A stretch of 64,000 nt of DNA, from IMG/VR virus record IMGVR_UViG_3300025120_014381, positions 1-64,000 of that record; one strand, 5' to 3'. The DNA comes from a virus. Below are positions 19,046 to 29,790 of the stretch, one piece after another; positions within the stretch are counted from its first letter, which is position 1; the number at the start of each line of letters is the position of its first letter. The translations under genes and the position numbers were made by a program. The notes below the pieces were generated by a model, which was given only the letters and a program-made list of their open reading frames with translations, searched no databases and was not told where the DNA came from.

Positions 19046-20644
19046 TTAATCATTTTGCTCAGTATTTACTTCAATCATTGAACAATCAGCCATTAATAAC
19101 ATTGTTGCAGCAGAAACAGCATTCTCTATAGCACATCGTGATACTTTTGCAGGATCAAGTACACCCAATTCAAACATGTCACCAAATTTCTTATTACGTA
19201 CGTCATAACCAAAACCAACCTCTGTTTCTTTCAGTTCGTTTAAGACTTTATGATGTGACAAACCAGCGTTATCTAGTATCTGTCTAAAGGGTGTTAAACA
19301 CGCTTCTATTAACAAGCGATATCCGGAAATAAAGCTTTTATCATGTTTAGATATATCATGATCACCTAGCTCTTGTGCTAATCTATACAAGGCAATCCCC
19401 CCACCCGGAAGTACTCCTTCTTCAAGTGCTGCACGTGTGGCATGCAGTGCGTCATCTACCCGATCGTAACGTTCAATTAATTCTGATTCTGTTGCAGCAC
19501 CGACCCTAAGTATTGCGATACCGCCTGATAATTGTTGTATTCGATATCGAAGCAATTCGCGTTCATTCTCACCTAACCCTGGATAGTTTAATTTTTCTCT
19601 AATAACATCCATTCGCGCTTGTGTCTCATCAGAACGTGATTCATCTTTTATTACTAATGTTTTACTCTTATGGATAATCATCTTTTTACATGTACCAAAC
19701 ATTTCCGGGTCAAAAGAAGTCATGTCAAATGCGCTATCTAACACCTTACCACCTACAATTGATTCTAGATCAAGTAACAAGTCGTGTCTTGCGCCACCAA
19801 AACCAGGTGATTTTATAGCTGCAACTCTGAGTGAACCTTTAACACGATTCAAAACTAATCCTTGCAGTGCGTCCCCGTCAACTTCATTAGCGACAACAAT
19901 AATTGGTCTTCCCATTTCAAGCGCTACTTCTAAAGGTTTCATCAATTCACGAACTGAATTGAAGCTTCGGTCTGCCATGAGAATAAGGGGTTTTGAAAAT
20001 TCAGCTGTCATTTTATTTTTGTCTGTTACGAAATACGGTGACAAAAAACCTCGCTCCATTTGGAAGCCGTCTACGACTTGCAAAGAGCTACTAAACCCTT
20101 TTGCTTCTTCAACAATGACATGCCCATCTGGTCCGGCAGCTTCTATCGCTTTAACAATAAGCTTTGCTACTTCTTTCTCACCATTCGCTGATATTGTTGC
20201 CACTTTAAGTAAGTCACTAGTGTCACTCACTTCCTGTGAGGTATTTTTAATTGACTCAATTAAAATATTTCTTGCATAATCAATACCTTCTTTTATTTGC
20301 ATCACATCAAAACCAGCTATTTTATATTTTAACCCTTCATTATAGATGAACTGAGCTAATACTGTTGCTGTTGTCGTACCGTCACCAGCTTCATCAGCAG
20401 TCCGACTAGCTGATTCTTTTATAATTTGTGCCCCTAAATTCTCAACTTCGTCTACTAGATTAACTGCTTGCGCAACTGTTACGCCGTCTTTTGTGACAAT
20501 TGGATGTTGGCCGGGACGATGTATTAAAACTAACTTGCCCTTTGGTCCCATAGTTACTTTAACTGCGTTAGCTAGCTTATTAATGCCTTTTTGAAGTTTT
20601 GAATCTAATTCTTGACCAGAATATATTTCGCGCTTAATTTCCAT
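19046..20644 (-). CDS. groEL: Chaperonin GroEL (phage-type, no GGM tail)
   Basis: TMGPKG, TKDGVTVA, AGDGTTTATVLA, EEGVLPGGG, GVLDPAKV. Confidence 0.96.
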   Translation of the reverse strand: MEIKREIYSGQELDSKLQKGINKLANAVKVTMGPKGKLVLIHRPGQHPIVTKDGVTVAQAVNLVDEVENLGAQIIKESASRTADEAGDGTTTATVLAQFIYNEGLKYKIAGFDVMQIKEGIDYARNILIESIKNTSQEVSDTSDLLKVATISANGEKEVAKLIVKAIEAAGPDGHVIVEEAKGFSSSLQVVDGFQMERGFLSPYFVTDKNKMTAEFSKPLILMADRSFNSVRELMKPLEVALEMGRPIIVVANEVDGDALQGLVLNRVKGSLRVAAIKSPGFGGARHDLLLDLESIVGGKVLDSAFDMTSFDPEMFGTCKKMIIHKSKTLVIKDESRSDETQARMDVIREKLNYPGLGENERELLRYRIQQLSGGIAILRVGAATESELIERYDRVDDALHATRAALEEGVLPGGGIALYRLAQELGDHDISKHDKSFISGYRLLIEACLTPFRQILDNAGLSHHKVLNELKETEVGFGYDVRNKKFGDMFELGVLDPAKVSRCAIENAVSAATMLLMADCSMIEVNTEQND

Positions 20645-20645
20645 A

Positions 20646-20855
20646 TTACCCCTTTAATAACCCCCTACCGGCACCGGGAGGTCTTTGTCCTTTTGCTAAA
20701 CTCTCTACGAGTGATTGTTCGATTTGTACAATTCTACGTTGCTGCGTTTCAACGTTAATTGCCACAAACAAATCGCCTTCTTTTTTTAATACTTCATTTA
20801 AAGAAATTTTATTCATCTGGCGTAGTGCCATTTGTACGTTGTCATCTAAATACAT
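20646..20855 (-). CDS. Small hypothetical protein
   Basis: GGAGG RBS; ends RGLLKG. Confidence 0.65.
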   Translation of the reverse strand: MYLDDNVQMALRQMNKISLNEVLKKEGDLFVAINVETQQRRIVQIEQSLVESLAKGQRPPGAGRGLLKG

Positions 20856-21652
20856 TATAATCCTCCGAATGTCTTTACATACTTATTCCAAGTTTTCTCT
20901 TTTAACATTGACTGAAAATCCATATCGTCAAATATATCATATAATTGTTCAAAATCAGAAACACCTTCATGCTTCTCCATGTCAGAAAGCTTGTCAGAGA
21001 AATCCACCAAGCGTATTAGATTAACATTTCTTTCAAATACCTGTTGTCTAATAGGGTCTTTTTTTAAGTACTCAGAAAGCAATTCTGGAGAACGTACCAG
21101 CTTGTCTGCAGTTTTATCTCCGCAACCTGGAATGCCGGAAATGTTATCTGTTGGATCGCCTCTCAGTGATTTCCAAGTGACATAGTCGTAGTCAGGGGTT
21201 TCAATCATTTTCTTTTTAACTGGATTGTAAATTTCGCAATTATCAAAAGCATTTAACAATTGATAAAAATCAGAATCAGAAGATATAATCGTACAGTCGT
21301 CACCTTTGTCGCAGTGAACTTTTACTAAGGTTGCAATCGTATCATCACATTCTAAGTTTGGATGTCTGACTGATGTAAAGGGTAAACACTCCTTAACAAT
21401 ACTAATGATCTGCGCTTTTTGCTCATGAAAGTGTCTGTCTTTATTTTCACGGTTTGCTTTGTAGGCATCGTTTAGCTGTGTCCTAAACTGTGGGTTGCCT
21501 TCTAACACAAAATAAACTAAGTCTGGTTTAAATTTTTCCACAAGAGGTCTTACACCTCTAAAGAAATTATAAACTACTGGGTAGTCTCCTTTCATGTAAC
21601 CACTTCTTGCTCTGTATATGAGATTGTATGCGTCTAGTAACAAGACATTCAT
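20855..21652 (-). CDS. 5'-3' exonuclease / flap endonuclease (PolI N-terminal, T4 RNase H-like)
   Basis: LLDAYNLIYR, YKANR, ECDD, SSDSDFYQL, GDPTDNISGIPGCGDKTA. Confidence 0.92.
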   Translation of the reverse strand: MNVLLLDAYNLIYRARSGYMKGDYPVVYNFFRGVRPLVEKFKPDLVYFVLEGNPQFRTQLNDAYKANRENKDRHFHEQKAQIISIVKECLPFTSVRHPNLECDDTIATLVKVHCDKGDDCTIISSDSDFYQLLNAFDNCEIYNPVKKKMIETPDYDYVTWKSLRGDPTDNISGIPGCGDKTADKLVRSPELLSEYLKKDPIRQQVFERNVNLIRLVDFSDKLSDMEKHEGVSDFEQLYDIFDDMDFQSMLKEKTWNKYVKTFGGL

Positions 21653-22131
21653 TGAGGTGCTCCTGCATTGTTGATTTGTTCCATGTTGATTTTGCCAAAT
21701 TTTCCATTGCCAAGATCTACTCTTATTATACCATCATCATCAAGCGGTTGCACTTCTTGTTCTTTTAATTCATTTTTGCCCTCTAAAACAAATTGAGCTT
21801 GTTCTGCAGGTTCTTCATAGACAGGTGTGTCGTACAATGAAGTATTAAAGATGTTAATTGACATTTCTTCTGCTAAGGTTACCATCTGTTCGATAGCATC
21901 TTTTGCATTGTTAATCATATAACTTTTTACTTCATCTTTTGAATTAAATAGTTCACCCTTTATTTTTTTAATGTCAGCTGTTGTACCTTTTTTGTCAGGA
22001 AACTTAACAATATATGTTTTTTCTTTTCCTTCTAGCGTTGTTCTAATTACTTCTTCGACAACTTGAATGGGTACTACTTTACTAGCGTCTGCTATTAAAA
22101 ATAAAATCTGTCCAACTTGGTATTGTTGCAT
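21649..22131 (-). CDS. Hypothetical protein
   Basis: YQVGQILF start; GGAGG RBS; upstream TTATAA-N17-TAAAAT (22151..22179). Confidence 0.65.
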   Translation of the reverse strand: MQQYQVGQILFLIADASKVVPIQVVEEVIRTTLEGKEKTYIVKFPDKKGTTADIKKIKGELFNSKDEVKSYMINNAKDAIEQMVTLAEEMSINIFNTSLYDTPVYEEPAEQAQFVLEGKNELKEQEVQPLDDDGIIRVDLGNGKFGKINMEQINNAGAPQ

Positions 22132-22203
22132 ATAACCTCCGTTTGGTTATATTTTAACAAATATTGGACAGATTTATAATTGTTTTATGTGAAAATTTAA
22201 GTT

Positions 22204-22713
22204 TTAGTATCTTCTAAAACCTAATCCTGGTAACATGTTGCCTTGGTGTGAATAACCTTTCTTACTTCTTCGCGGCTTGTTGTTACCATAGATCCAATCA
22301 CTAGTAAGATTCATTTCTTCCATCACGTTCGCAACTTCTTCATCAATTACTTTTTTGAGTTGTGATTCAAAAATTCTTCTCTTTCTATCTTCTCTAGACT
22401 CTCTCAAGGGACGTCTTCTTTTGCTTTCCATAATTCTCTTGGCGCGCCTAAGTTCTTGCACCAACATTGCTTCGTCTACATCTAGAACTTCATCAGCATC
22501 ATCCATTTCATACATATCTTCATCAACATCGTCCATCTCGTCCATGCCTTCCATGCCTTCCATGCCTTCCATGCCTTCTTCGGTATCTTCCATTTCATAC
22601 ATACCTTCATCAGCATCATCATGATTAGCACCTTCATTTAAACGGCCACCAGATCTGTTACTATTTGTTGGCAAACCTGCTAGTTTGCTTATTCTATCAA
22701 AATCAATACGCAT
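22204..22713 (-). CDS. Acidic, scaffold/prohead-core-like protein
   Basis: RISKLAGL, LNE, D/E/M-rich tract, LRE. Confidence 0.55.
   Translation of the reverse strand: MRIDFDRISKLAGLPTNSNRSGGRLNEGANHDDADEGMYEMEDTEEGMEGMEGMEGMDEMDDVDEDMYEMDDADEVLDVDEAMLVQELRRAKRIMESKRRRPLRESREDRKRRIFESQLKKVIDEEVANVMEEMNLTSDWIYGNNKPRRSKKGYSHQGNMLPGLGFRRY
22541..22576. repeat. 9-bp tandem repeat x4 encoding (EGM)n
   Basis: TCCATGCCT x4 exact. Confidence 0.9.
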
Positions 22714-22769
22714 AATGTATCCTCCACATGTATTTAAATATCACGTGTAAACTGTATTTTTAAAATATT

Positions 22770-23126
22770 TTATCTTGTTTGCAAATTTTTTCTAACGTTT
22801 TCTGTAATTTTCGTGCCGGCTGCTGCTGCAGTTTTTAGAGGTTGTAAACCTAACACACTGCGTACTTCATCATAAAGTGCCGGTTGAAGACCGCTTTTCA
22901 AAACAAGCATGTCAGCATACTGATGTAGATCCATTTCCATGATAGGCACTGGGTCTCCGTTTTCGTTAGGTTCAAACTCACCAGTATCTCTACTCTCAAA
23001 CACAAATAAAATTTTAGGCATAACTTCATCCTTAGGGACCATGATAAAAGGAAGGTTGCTTGTTGCACCGTCTTCTGATTCTTCATACATGATTTCAGGT
23101 ATCCAGTTTTTATTTTTTATACTCAT
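22770..23126 (-). CDS. Hypothetical protein
   Basis: GGAG RBS. Confidence 0.65.
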   Translation of the reverse strand: MSIKNKNWIPEIMYEESEDGATSNLPFIMVPKDEVMPKILFVFESRDTGEFEPNENGDPVPIMEMDLHQYADMLVLKSGLQPALYDEVRSVLGLQPLKTAAAAGTKITENVRKNLQTR

Positions 23127-23175
23127 TATATCTCCGTTTGTTGTATTTTACTTTAACAAAATAACAAGTAAAAAA

Positions 23176-24030
23176 TTAAAATAAACCTTGCTCATAACTA
23201 TGTTGTATTAAATGTGTTGCGTATTGAATTAATTCACCAGTTTGTGACCTTATATCTCTGGAGTTTAGATATCTACCTAGTACATCTTTTTGAGTGTCGC
23301 TTAAACGAGTAGCTGACATGACAGCACCGGGAGAAGGTGATCTTATTGCAGTAAGACGATTATTTAAATCAGCCGATTTTTGAGGTGTCACATTATCTAA
23401 ATTACCTGCTAATAGGCTTAAAAATATTACCTGGTCGTGTGTAATCCCCCGATATGAAGAACTACCTGATATTCTAAGAATATCTGAATCCGACTCTGCA
23501 GGTAAGCGATCAATTCCTTCTCTTGCTAAAACTTGCCTTATGTTAGAAATAAAGAAAGGAGCTGTCGCGACAACCTCAGCAGATGTTTTCAGATCGGAAC
23601 CCCCACCTTCATACCCGGAGCCCATACCGCCTTTTGATCGATCAAAGGGCAATCCTTCTTCGTGGACATTTTTGTACGCAATAAATGCAGTTTGAATCTC
23701 TCTTAATAAATCACATTTCCCTTTCATATTAAAAACTGGTATTAGTCCAAACATGTTTAAAAGAGGTAGTATGTCACCTGTAAATGCTCTGAAAACAGTT
23801 GGGCTCATCCAATTTGGCAAGTCCTCTTCTTTACTTCTAACAGTTCTAGAACTTTGAAAGAAAACTGTGAAGAACTCCAAAAACTCTTTATTAGGTTTAA
23901 AGTCGCACGATTGGGGTGCAAACATCTCACTAGACATTGCCAGATACTTAGCCTCAGTCAGATAATTTTGTGTTGTGGATTCTACAAACTCTTTAATTAA
24001 AACATTGAGTTCACCGCGCGTTAACTTCAC
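23176..24030 (-). CDS. Hypothetical protein with leader
   Basis: GTG start MKLTRGELNVLIKE. Confidence 0.7.
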   Translation of the reverse strand: MKLTRGELNVLIKEFVESTTQNYLTEAKYLAMSSEMFAPQSCDFKPNKEFLEFFTVFFQSSRTVRSKEEDLPNWMSPTVFRAFTGDILPLLNMFGLIPVFNMKGKCDLLREIQTAFIAYKNVHEEGLPFDRSKGGMGSGYEGGGSDLKTSAEVVATAPFFISNIRQVLAREGIDRLPAESDSDILRISGSSSYRGITHDQVIFLSLLAGNLDNVTPQKSADLNNRLTAIRSPSPGAVMSATRLSDTQKDVLGRYLNSRDIRSQTGELIQYATHLIQHSYEQGLF

Positions 24031-24705
24031 TTAGTACCTCTTCATTAAAAGCTTAACTTTTTTTCTAATTTTAGTTAAGTCCTGACTTTCATTTACTCTG
24101 ATCGGCGGTGCGCTATCTTCACCAGAAGACTGCGTCTTTGTTTTTTCTTGTGGTCGACTTTCCTTTTCAACCGAAGATTCACCCTCTTCACCAAAAGATA
24201 TTTTAGCGTTAAAAGGTGGTTCACTTGGATCTACCGCGTCTTCAGCGTCTAAAGCGCCTTGGAGAATTTTTGACAACTCGCCTAAAAACAAATGTAGAAT
24301 TTTTCTTTCATCATCATCCAGACGATCGTAATAACCTAATAACTCATCTTTAATTTCTTTATCTTTTGTTGACCGACCAGATCTTAGCGTGTTGATATCT
24401 TTTATTACGCTATCAAAGGAAACACCAAATGTCTCTGGATCTAAAGGTTCTTCTTTAGTTTCAGGTTCTTCTTTAGTTCCAGGTTCTTCTTTAGTTTCAG
24501 GTTCTTCTTTAGTTTCAGGTTCTTCCTCTTCTTGTTCTGATAAATTTACATTGTAAACAGCAGCGCTGTTTTCTAAGCTTTTAATATATCTTTCTTGCGC
24601 AATGTCAGTTGATTCATTTAATTGCTTTCTTGATTTCGTAACTGCTTCTTCTGACACAATTTTTAAAAGTTGTAGCAGTTCGCCTTCTGAATTAACTTTA
24701 AACAT
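24031..24705 (-). CDS. Acidic head-associated-like hypothetical protein
   Basis: LNES/LSEQ sites; INTLRSGRS; EEPETK repeats. Confidence 0.65.
   Translation of the reverse strand: MFKVNSEGELLQLLKIVSEEAVTKSRKQLNESTDIAQERYIKSLENSAAVYNVNLSEQEEEEPETKEEPETKEEPGTKEEPETKEEPLDPETFGVSFDSVIKDINTLRSGRSTKDKEIKDELLGYYDRLDDDERKILHLFLGELSKILQGALDAEDAVDPSEPPFNAKISFGEEGESSVEKESRPQEKTKTQSSGEDSAPPIRVNESQDLTKIRKKVKLLMKRY
24445..24525. repeat. 18-bp tandem repeat x4.5 encoding EEPETK
   Basis: AGGTTCTTCTTTAGTTTC units, one variant. Confidence 0.9.
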
Positions 24706-25080
24706 TTAATAACTCCTTTTAAATATATCTATTTTGCATGTGACATAATTATCTTCATTATTAGTTTCTAATTCATTAATAATAAAAACACCACAATCTT
24801 GCATATAATGACAACCGCGGATTGGAATAAAATAATTGACTTTTTTATTATGGATGTTGAAAATATATTTTAAGTCTTCATTATCTATAGCTGCTGTTAT
24901 TTTGGTTACCTCGTCACAGAAATTAATTTTAACTAATTTGACTTTAAAGCTTTTTGTATCATCACTGTGAAATTGAATTGGGATTATTTCTTTTTCTTCA
25001 ATAATCTTAATTGGACTTTCTGCTGCCAGATCTTCTTCTGTGATTACGTCTTTCAAACTTTCACTAACAAAAAAAGACAT
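24706..25080 (-). CDS. Hypothetical protein
   Basis: ORF track; tightly packed with neighbours. Confidence 0.6.
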   Translation of the reverse strand: MSFFVSESLKDVITEEDLAAESPIKIIEEKEIIPIQFHSDDTKSFKVKLVKINFCDEVTKITAAIDNEDLKYIFNIHNKKVNYFIPIRGCHYMQDCGVFIINELETNNEDNYVTCKIDIFKRSY

Positions 25081-25081
25081 G

Positions 25082-25504
25082 TTAAGCTCTGAATCGTATG
25101 ACGTTTATGTCTTCAATTATTTCATCTATTTTTTTGGACATGTCTAGATCACGATCAGTTACATCGTTTAAATCACGTGTGTATAAAGTAACAGTGACCT
25201 TTGTGTGATCGATCGTTATTTCTGGGTGATGATACATCTCTTCTGATAGATTTATTAATTCATTTATAAAATATGACAAAAATCTGACTGACTCGAAAGA
25301 GTATACTTTTTGCAAAGAATTTTTTTCACTGGTGTTAATCTGGCACCACGAAAACGGCTCCGGGTCAATAGGTAAATCTTCTTCACCTTCTGGGTACCCT
25401 GTCCCTAAATGGCGCATCATAGCTTTGCCGCTTTTTGTCATGTCAAACTCGTTGAGTGTTTGCTGCTGACGATTCTTCAATATGTTCTCTAACAACCTGC
25501 TCAT
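25082..25504 (-). CDS. Pterin-4-alpha-carbinolamine dehydratase-like protein with N-terminal extension
   Basis: L.KVYSF...FIN.....SE...HHPEI......V.V.L.T......VTDRD. Confidence 0.8.
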   Translation of the reverse strand: MSRLLENILKNRQQQTLNEFDMTKSGKAMMRHLGTGYPEGEEDLPIDPEPFSWCQINTSEKNSLQKVYSFESVRFLSYFINELINLSEEMYHHPEITIDHTKVTVTLYTRDLNDVTDRDLDMSKKIDEIIEDINVIRFRA

Positions 25505-25507
25505 TAC

Positions 25508-28147
25508 TTACCTCGTCTTACGTTCTAGATCTCTATATACTTTTTCTTGTGCTGTTGCTTTGATTGCAGACTCAATAGCTTTCATTAGATTCGCTGGGTT
25601 GTCTGTAAGGTCGTCCACAGCATCTTCAATTGCATCCTTATATATTGCACCATCAAAATCTTGGAGTTTATCTAAGATCCCGTCTTGCCATACTTCTTCA
25701 GCATCAACAAGTACTTCAGCAAAAACTTCTGGTGTCAATCCAATGTCCATAAGTTTTTTAACAATCTTGCCTTTCTTAGTCGATGGTCCAGCTTCATAGT
25801 CAGGTTTTGTCTTGAGTCTTGTAAAGTACTCAGCAATACCACCCTTTTCAGTAATAGTATTTTTACTAACCTTACCTTCGCCGACTCTAGAAATTATAGC
25901 ATCAGCAATTGCATCATTTAAATCTCCACGCATTGTGCTAAAGACAGCATCAACCGGCGCCATATTGACTTCTCTAAATACAAAACCGCCTACTAAGTAG
26001 AGTAAGTCATGGGCTGGGTGATCTTTATTTGAAGATATATCTGTGTAAGTGTCACCTTGATTAAACAGCTTTTGGAGTGTTTCTAGTACAGGAACAATTT
26101 GCTCTTTAAGTGAATTTAATATCTCAACTGTACCTACATGCTGAACTTTATTTTTTGCGTTAACTGTCCTCTTTTTTACTTTATTGCCACCGCTTGCAAC
26201 AAGCTTCTCATATTTTGGAATTAGTTTTGCATTAACAACAACAAGCATCTGGTCTACTAGTACTTCCGCGTTGAAGTCCATCAGTGCTCCAACATTTGAA
26301 GGGTTGCCCTCAATATCAGTGAAAGACATCATTTCAAGTTTTGGTTGTATATCTTTTAAGAAATACTGACGCATTCCTGCACTTCCTGAGTATCCAAAGT
26401 AAGGTGCTAAATCTTGGAAGTCAACTGTTTTTCCTCGAACGTGTCGTGCAGCAAACTCTTCTAGTGCAGTCATGTAATCTTCTGACTGTATTTCATCAAC
26501 TTCATCTGTTGATTCGTCTGATATATCAATATCACTTGTTTCCGGTTCGACAACTCTTTGTGCTTCTTCTGCAAACTCAAATTGCATTGTTATAAAAGTT
26601 TCAATCTCACTCATGAGTTCTTCTTCATCTAACGATAATATAATATCAGCATCACGAATTACATACAATCCAGGATTTGATCGATCTTCAAGTGAAGATG
26701 TGACAACTGCAGTAAAGCCATCAAGTATTTGTTCTTGGCTTTGCAAATCGACGTTATTGTGAAAATGAGTTCTATCTTTAAATTTGTTCTTCGTACCAGG
26801 AAGCTGGAGTGATTTTATAAACGCAGCAAACAATCTATCGATAACATTTTTAATAACAGCATCATCTCCCTGTGCTGCAAATCTACTAGTGCCTCCATAT
26901 CTTACGTATGATCCGGATATGTCCTTTTTTAATTCCATGACAAATTCATTAAAAGGTTTGCCAGCAGCTGCTGCGTAATCTTGTAAGCTTCTTCGTAATC
27001 TAGGCTTTTTCTTAATTACTTTTTGCAAAGCCTCGCTTATAATTACAAAAAGCTTCATTTGAATTTCTTGAATCTTTGCTAGCTTTTTGCTTTGATTTTT
27101 CATCTTATTGATATACTGAAACATTCTTCCTACATTTAAAGGAGTTAAAATTTCCTGGCTAGACAAACCAAACTCTTGGGTCACGGGTGTGATCATAGCA
27201 CCAAATTCTTTTGCCATTTTTGGATCCATCATTAACGCAGTTGCTTCATTATGTATTTCTTTAAATACTTCCTGAAGACTAGCGCTAGCATCCATTGCTG
27301 CTTTTTCTTGTGGCGTTGCATTATCATATGCTGATGTATTAATGTTTCCAGTTTCCGGATCGATGCTTGCCCCGCGTGATAAAAATTGTTGGAAACTATC
27401 AAAGATTGGCTTTCCTGTTCCTAGTTTTGTTTCGCCCGGGCGGGTTGGAAACAAAGGTCTATCATCATTAGGGTCTATATCTGTCCCAATGTCCATTTCA
27501 TCTTCTCGAAGCGCTTGCATGTAACCATTAATAAAATCTTGTGATCCCATGCTTAATTGTTGCGCTCGTTCCGCAGATGGATTAGCATCAGTTGTACCTG
27601 TGCGGTAGCCATCTAAATAAGCTTGTTTGTTCTCTGCACTTCCATAATCATCAGAAGCTTGCGCATCAATAGGTAAATTTTGTCTTTTTCTTACTGGTGC
27701 TGATTCCAAAATAATATTAAAATCTTTAATTGTCGTGTGTTTCGATATATTAAAAGATTCATTTATTGCATCCATACTTCTATCATCGTCTCTATCAAGT
27801 GCTTTATCTAAAAGCATGTGCAGCTGCCTATAAAAGTATTCAATTTGTGACACAGGCACTTCTTTGCAAATTAAAGTTGCAGAGCCACATAGTTCAGAAA
27901 TTGTACCGGGGACAAAGTCTTCATCTTCCACAGGCATTTTTGGAACTGATAATTGGACTGCCATATGATCAGATACTTTAATCGGTGTGTCTTCTTCGTC
28001 TTCGTAAAATCCAAATGGATCAGAGTTTGGAGACTGGATGTTAAAAGGATGAATCATCCTTCCTCCATGATCACCAGACGCTCTGTTTTCATTTAATCGA
28101 TTTTTTAACAAATTAAATAAGACGCGTTTTTTAACTGCTACTTTCAT
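25508..28147 (-). CDS. Large hypothetical (probable virion/internal) protein
   Basis: 879 aa; leader MKVAVKKRVLFNLLKNRLNE; several INE/ILE sites. Confidence 0.7.
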   Translation of the reverse strand: MKVAVKKRVLFNLLKNRLNENRASGDHGGRMIHPFNIQSPNSDPFGFYEDEEDTPIKVSDHMAVQLSVPKMPVEDEDFVPGTISELCGSATLICKEVPVSQIEYFYRQLHMLLDKALDRDDDRSMDAINESFNISKHTTIKDFNIILESAPVRKRQNLPIDAQASDDYGSAENKQAYLDGYRTGTTDANPSAERAQQLSMGSQDFINGYMQALREDEMDIGTDIDPNDDRPLFPTRPGETKLGTGKPIFDSFQQFLSRGASIDPETGNINTSAYDNATPQEKAAMDASASLQEVFKEIHNEATALMMDPKMAKEFGAMITPVTQEFGLSSQEILTPLNVGRMFQYINKMKNQSKKLAKIQEIQMKLFVIISEALQKVIKKKPRLRRSLQDYAAAAGKPFNEFVMELKKDISGSYVRYGGTSRFAAQGDDAVIKNVIDRLFAAFIKSLQLPGTKNKFKDRTHFHNNVDLQSQEQILDGFTAVVTSSLEDRSNPGLYVIRDADIILSLDEEELMSEIETFITMQFEFAEEAQRVVEPETSDIDISDESTDEVDEIQSEDYMTALEEFAARHVRGKTVDFQDLAPYFGYSGSAGMRQYFLKDIQPKLEMMSFTDIEGNPSNVGALMDFNAEVLVDQMLVVVNAKLIPKYEKLVASGGNKVKKRTVNAKNKVQHVGTVEILNSLKEQIVPVLETLQKLFNQGDTYTDISSNKDHPAHDLLYLVGGFVFREVNMAPVDAVFSTMRGDLNDAIADAIISRVGEGKVSKNTITEKGGIAEYFTRLKTKPDYEAGPSTKKGKIVKKLMDIGLTPEVFAEVLVDAEEVWQDGILDKLQDFDGAIYKDAIEDAVDDLTDNPANLMKAIESAIKATAQEKVYRDLERKTR

Positions 28148-28186
28148 ACTAACCTCGCGTGATATGTATTAACTATTATGTAGATA

Positions 28187-28582
28187 CTAATTTTGATTGA
28201 CAGAATACGTAATTCCTATAGTCGTTGCTGTCCCTAAAGCAAAACCACCAAAAAACGCTAACCTCTGGATCCAGTCTTTGCGTGCCTGTATTTTTATTTC
28301 TTCGTCACGAAGCTCAATCATCTGCTTGTACATCGTTGTATTCGCTTCACATTTTGTGTAGTATAGATCATATTTAAGACTTAGTTCGTCAGACTTTCTT
28401 TGTAACTCAAATTCCTTGTCTAGATCCGCCTGCAGTAATTCTTTTTCGTGCGTTGAAATTATTTGTGCTAGAGCATCATGTGTCAATAACTTCCCAGTGA
28501 ATGGTGCCTGGTCACCCTTGTCGACGTTTGCGTAATCAATATCGGCAGCCCAAATTGTACCGATTAAAGCTAATAAAAACAT
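28187..28582 (-). CDS. Signal-peptide, coiled-coil, C-terminal TM protein (spanin-like?)
   Basis: Hydrophobic N- and C-termini flanking a coiled coil. Confidence 0.5.
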   Translation of the reverse strand: MFLLALIGTIWAADIDYANVDKGDQAPFTGKLLTHDALAQIISTHEKELLQADLDKEFELQRKSDELSLKYDLYYTKCEANTTMYKQMIELRDEEIKIQARKDWIQRLAFFGGFALGTATTIGITYSVNQN

Positions 28583-28914
28583 TATTCCCCCTTTAACTTA
28601 TATTTCTCCTTTAGGATTTTATCAAGTTCTTCAGGATTGTTTTCTAATTCTTTTTGACGTGAGGATTTAATTTCAGCAATCTCCTCGCTCTTGCGCGCAA
28701 ACTCTTCCTGCGCAGCAGACCTTTTCTCAAGATGTTGTTCATATATGTCTTCTTGGGCCGCGATAATCTTCTCGCTGCGCTTCTTTTCAAACTCACTGTC
28801 ACCTTCCTTTACTACTTTCCTACTGTCTCTTTTGCTTGATGCCACTATCGCAATAATTGCAAGCACTCCGCCAACTAACCATTGCCATTTGTCCTTAAAC
28901 CACTTCCACTTCAT
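28582..28914 (-). CDS. N-terminal TM plus coiled-coil protein (i-spanin-like?)
   Basis: WLVGGVLAIIAIVA followed by a charged coiled coil. Confidence 0.5.
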   Translation of the reverse strand: MKWKWFKDKWQWLVGGVLAIIAIVASSKRDSRKVVKEGDSEFEKKRSEKIIAAQEDIYEQHLEKRSAAQEEFARKSEEIAEIKSSRQKELENNPEELDKILKEKYKLKGE

Positions 28915-29786
28915 TAATAACGCCCGTAATATCTTTTTCTATATAATGAACCTCGAGATTCTCCAAACTTTATATTGTTAGATAGTGTATTATTCTCTTT
29001 AAGCTCACTAGCATCTACACTAGTGCCTTCATCGTCTTGGGTTTTAAGATACTTAATAAACTTAAGTACTCCATCTAAGTTGTCTTTGTAACCAGCTCTT
29101 TTAGCTATCCCTGCAGCATCACCCTTATTCTTTTCAAGATAATCAGGTGTCAAAGTGTCTTCGTGATACCCGCCTTTTAGTGCTGCTGCGACAGCATCAG
29201 AGGTGATCCACGCTTTCCATTTTTCTGTCGTTTTATTACCCCAGTCGCCGTCATCTGTTGCACCAATAATTCTTTGAATTTCTTTAACTTTTGCAACCCC
29301 GGATGAAGATAATTTCTTCTTAGATTTTGTCTGAGCCGGCTTACTTTGTGCTTTTTCAGCTGATTTAGCAGCTGTTGCTGCTAGCGTCTCAACTTCTCCT
29401 TCTTTTTTGTTTTCATACTCAGACCTGTACTTTCTCATTGCTTGTTTCACGACTGGATCTTTAAGGACGCGGTTGTTAGGAGATTTTTTCTCCATACCTA
29501 ACATTGTTAACATAAATGTGTCTTTGTTAAAACCATTAGCGTCATAATTCGGATCATTAAGTAACGCTGTTGCTGCATTATTTAATAAGACTTCTTTGGC
29601 AGCATCTATCTCATCTGACTTTTTTTGTCCTTTAGTAAAAGAAGTATAAACTCTTGCAGACGCAGCATCTAATGTACCCATTCCTTCTGGCGCATCAGAG
29701 ACTTCGCTGATTAAGCTTTCTAATTTAAAATTTCTTCCATACAGTTCATTAATTAGTTTCTGATTGTGTGCGTACTTTGTTTTCAT
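28914..29786 (-). CDS. Protein with peptidoglycan-binding-like motif
   Basis: VKEIQRIIGATDDGDWGNKT; start revised to ATG 29786. Confidence 0.55.
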   Translation of the reverse strand: MKTKYAHNQKLINELYGRNFKLESLISEVSDAPEGMGTLDAASARVYTSFTKGQKKSDEIDAAKEVLLNNAATALLNDPNYDANGFNKDTFMLTMLGMEKKSPNNRVLKDPVVKQAMRKYRSEYENKKEGEVETLAATAAKSAEKAQSKPAQTKSKKKLSSSGVAKVKEIQRIIGATDDGDWGNKTTEKWKAWITSDAVAAALKGGYHEDTLTPDYLEKNKGDAAGIAKRAGYKDNLDGVLKFIKYLKTQDDEGTSVDASELKENNTLSNNIKFGESRGSLYRKRYYGRY

Positions 29787-29790
29787 TTTA

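Noticed and set aside
22541-24525. Tandem repeats as a CRISPR array
   Set aside because: The 9- and 18-bp units have no spacers and encode in-frame low-complexity peptides
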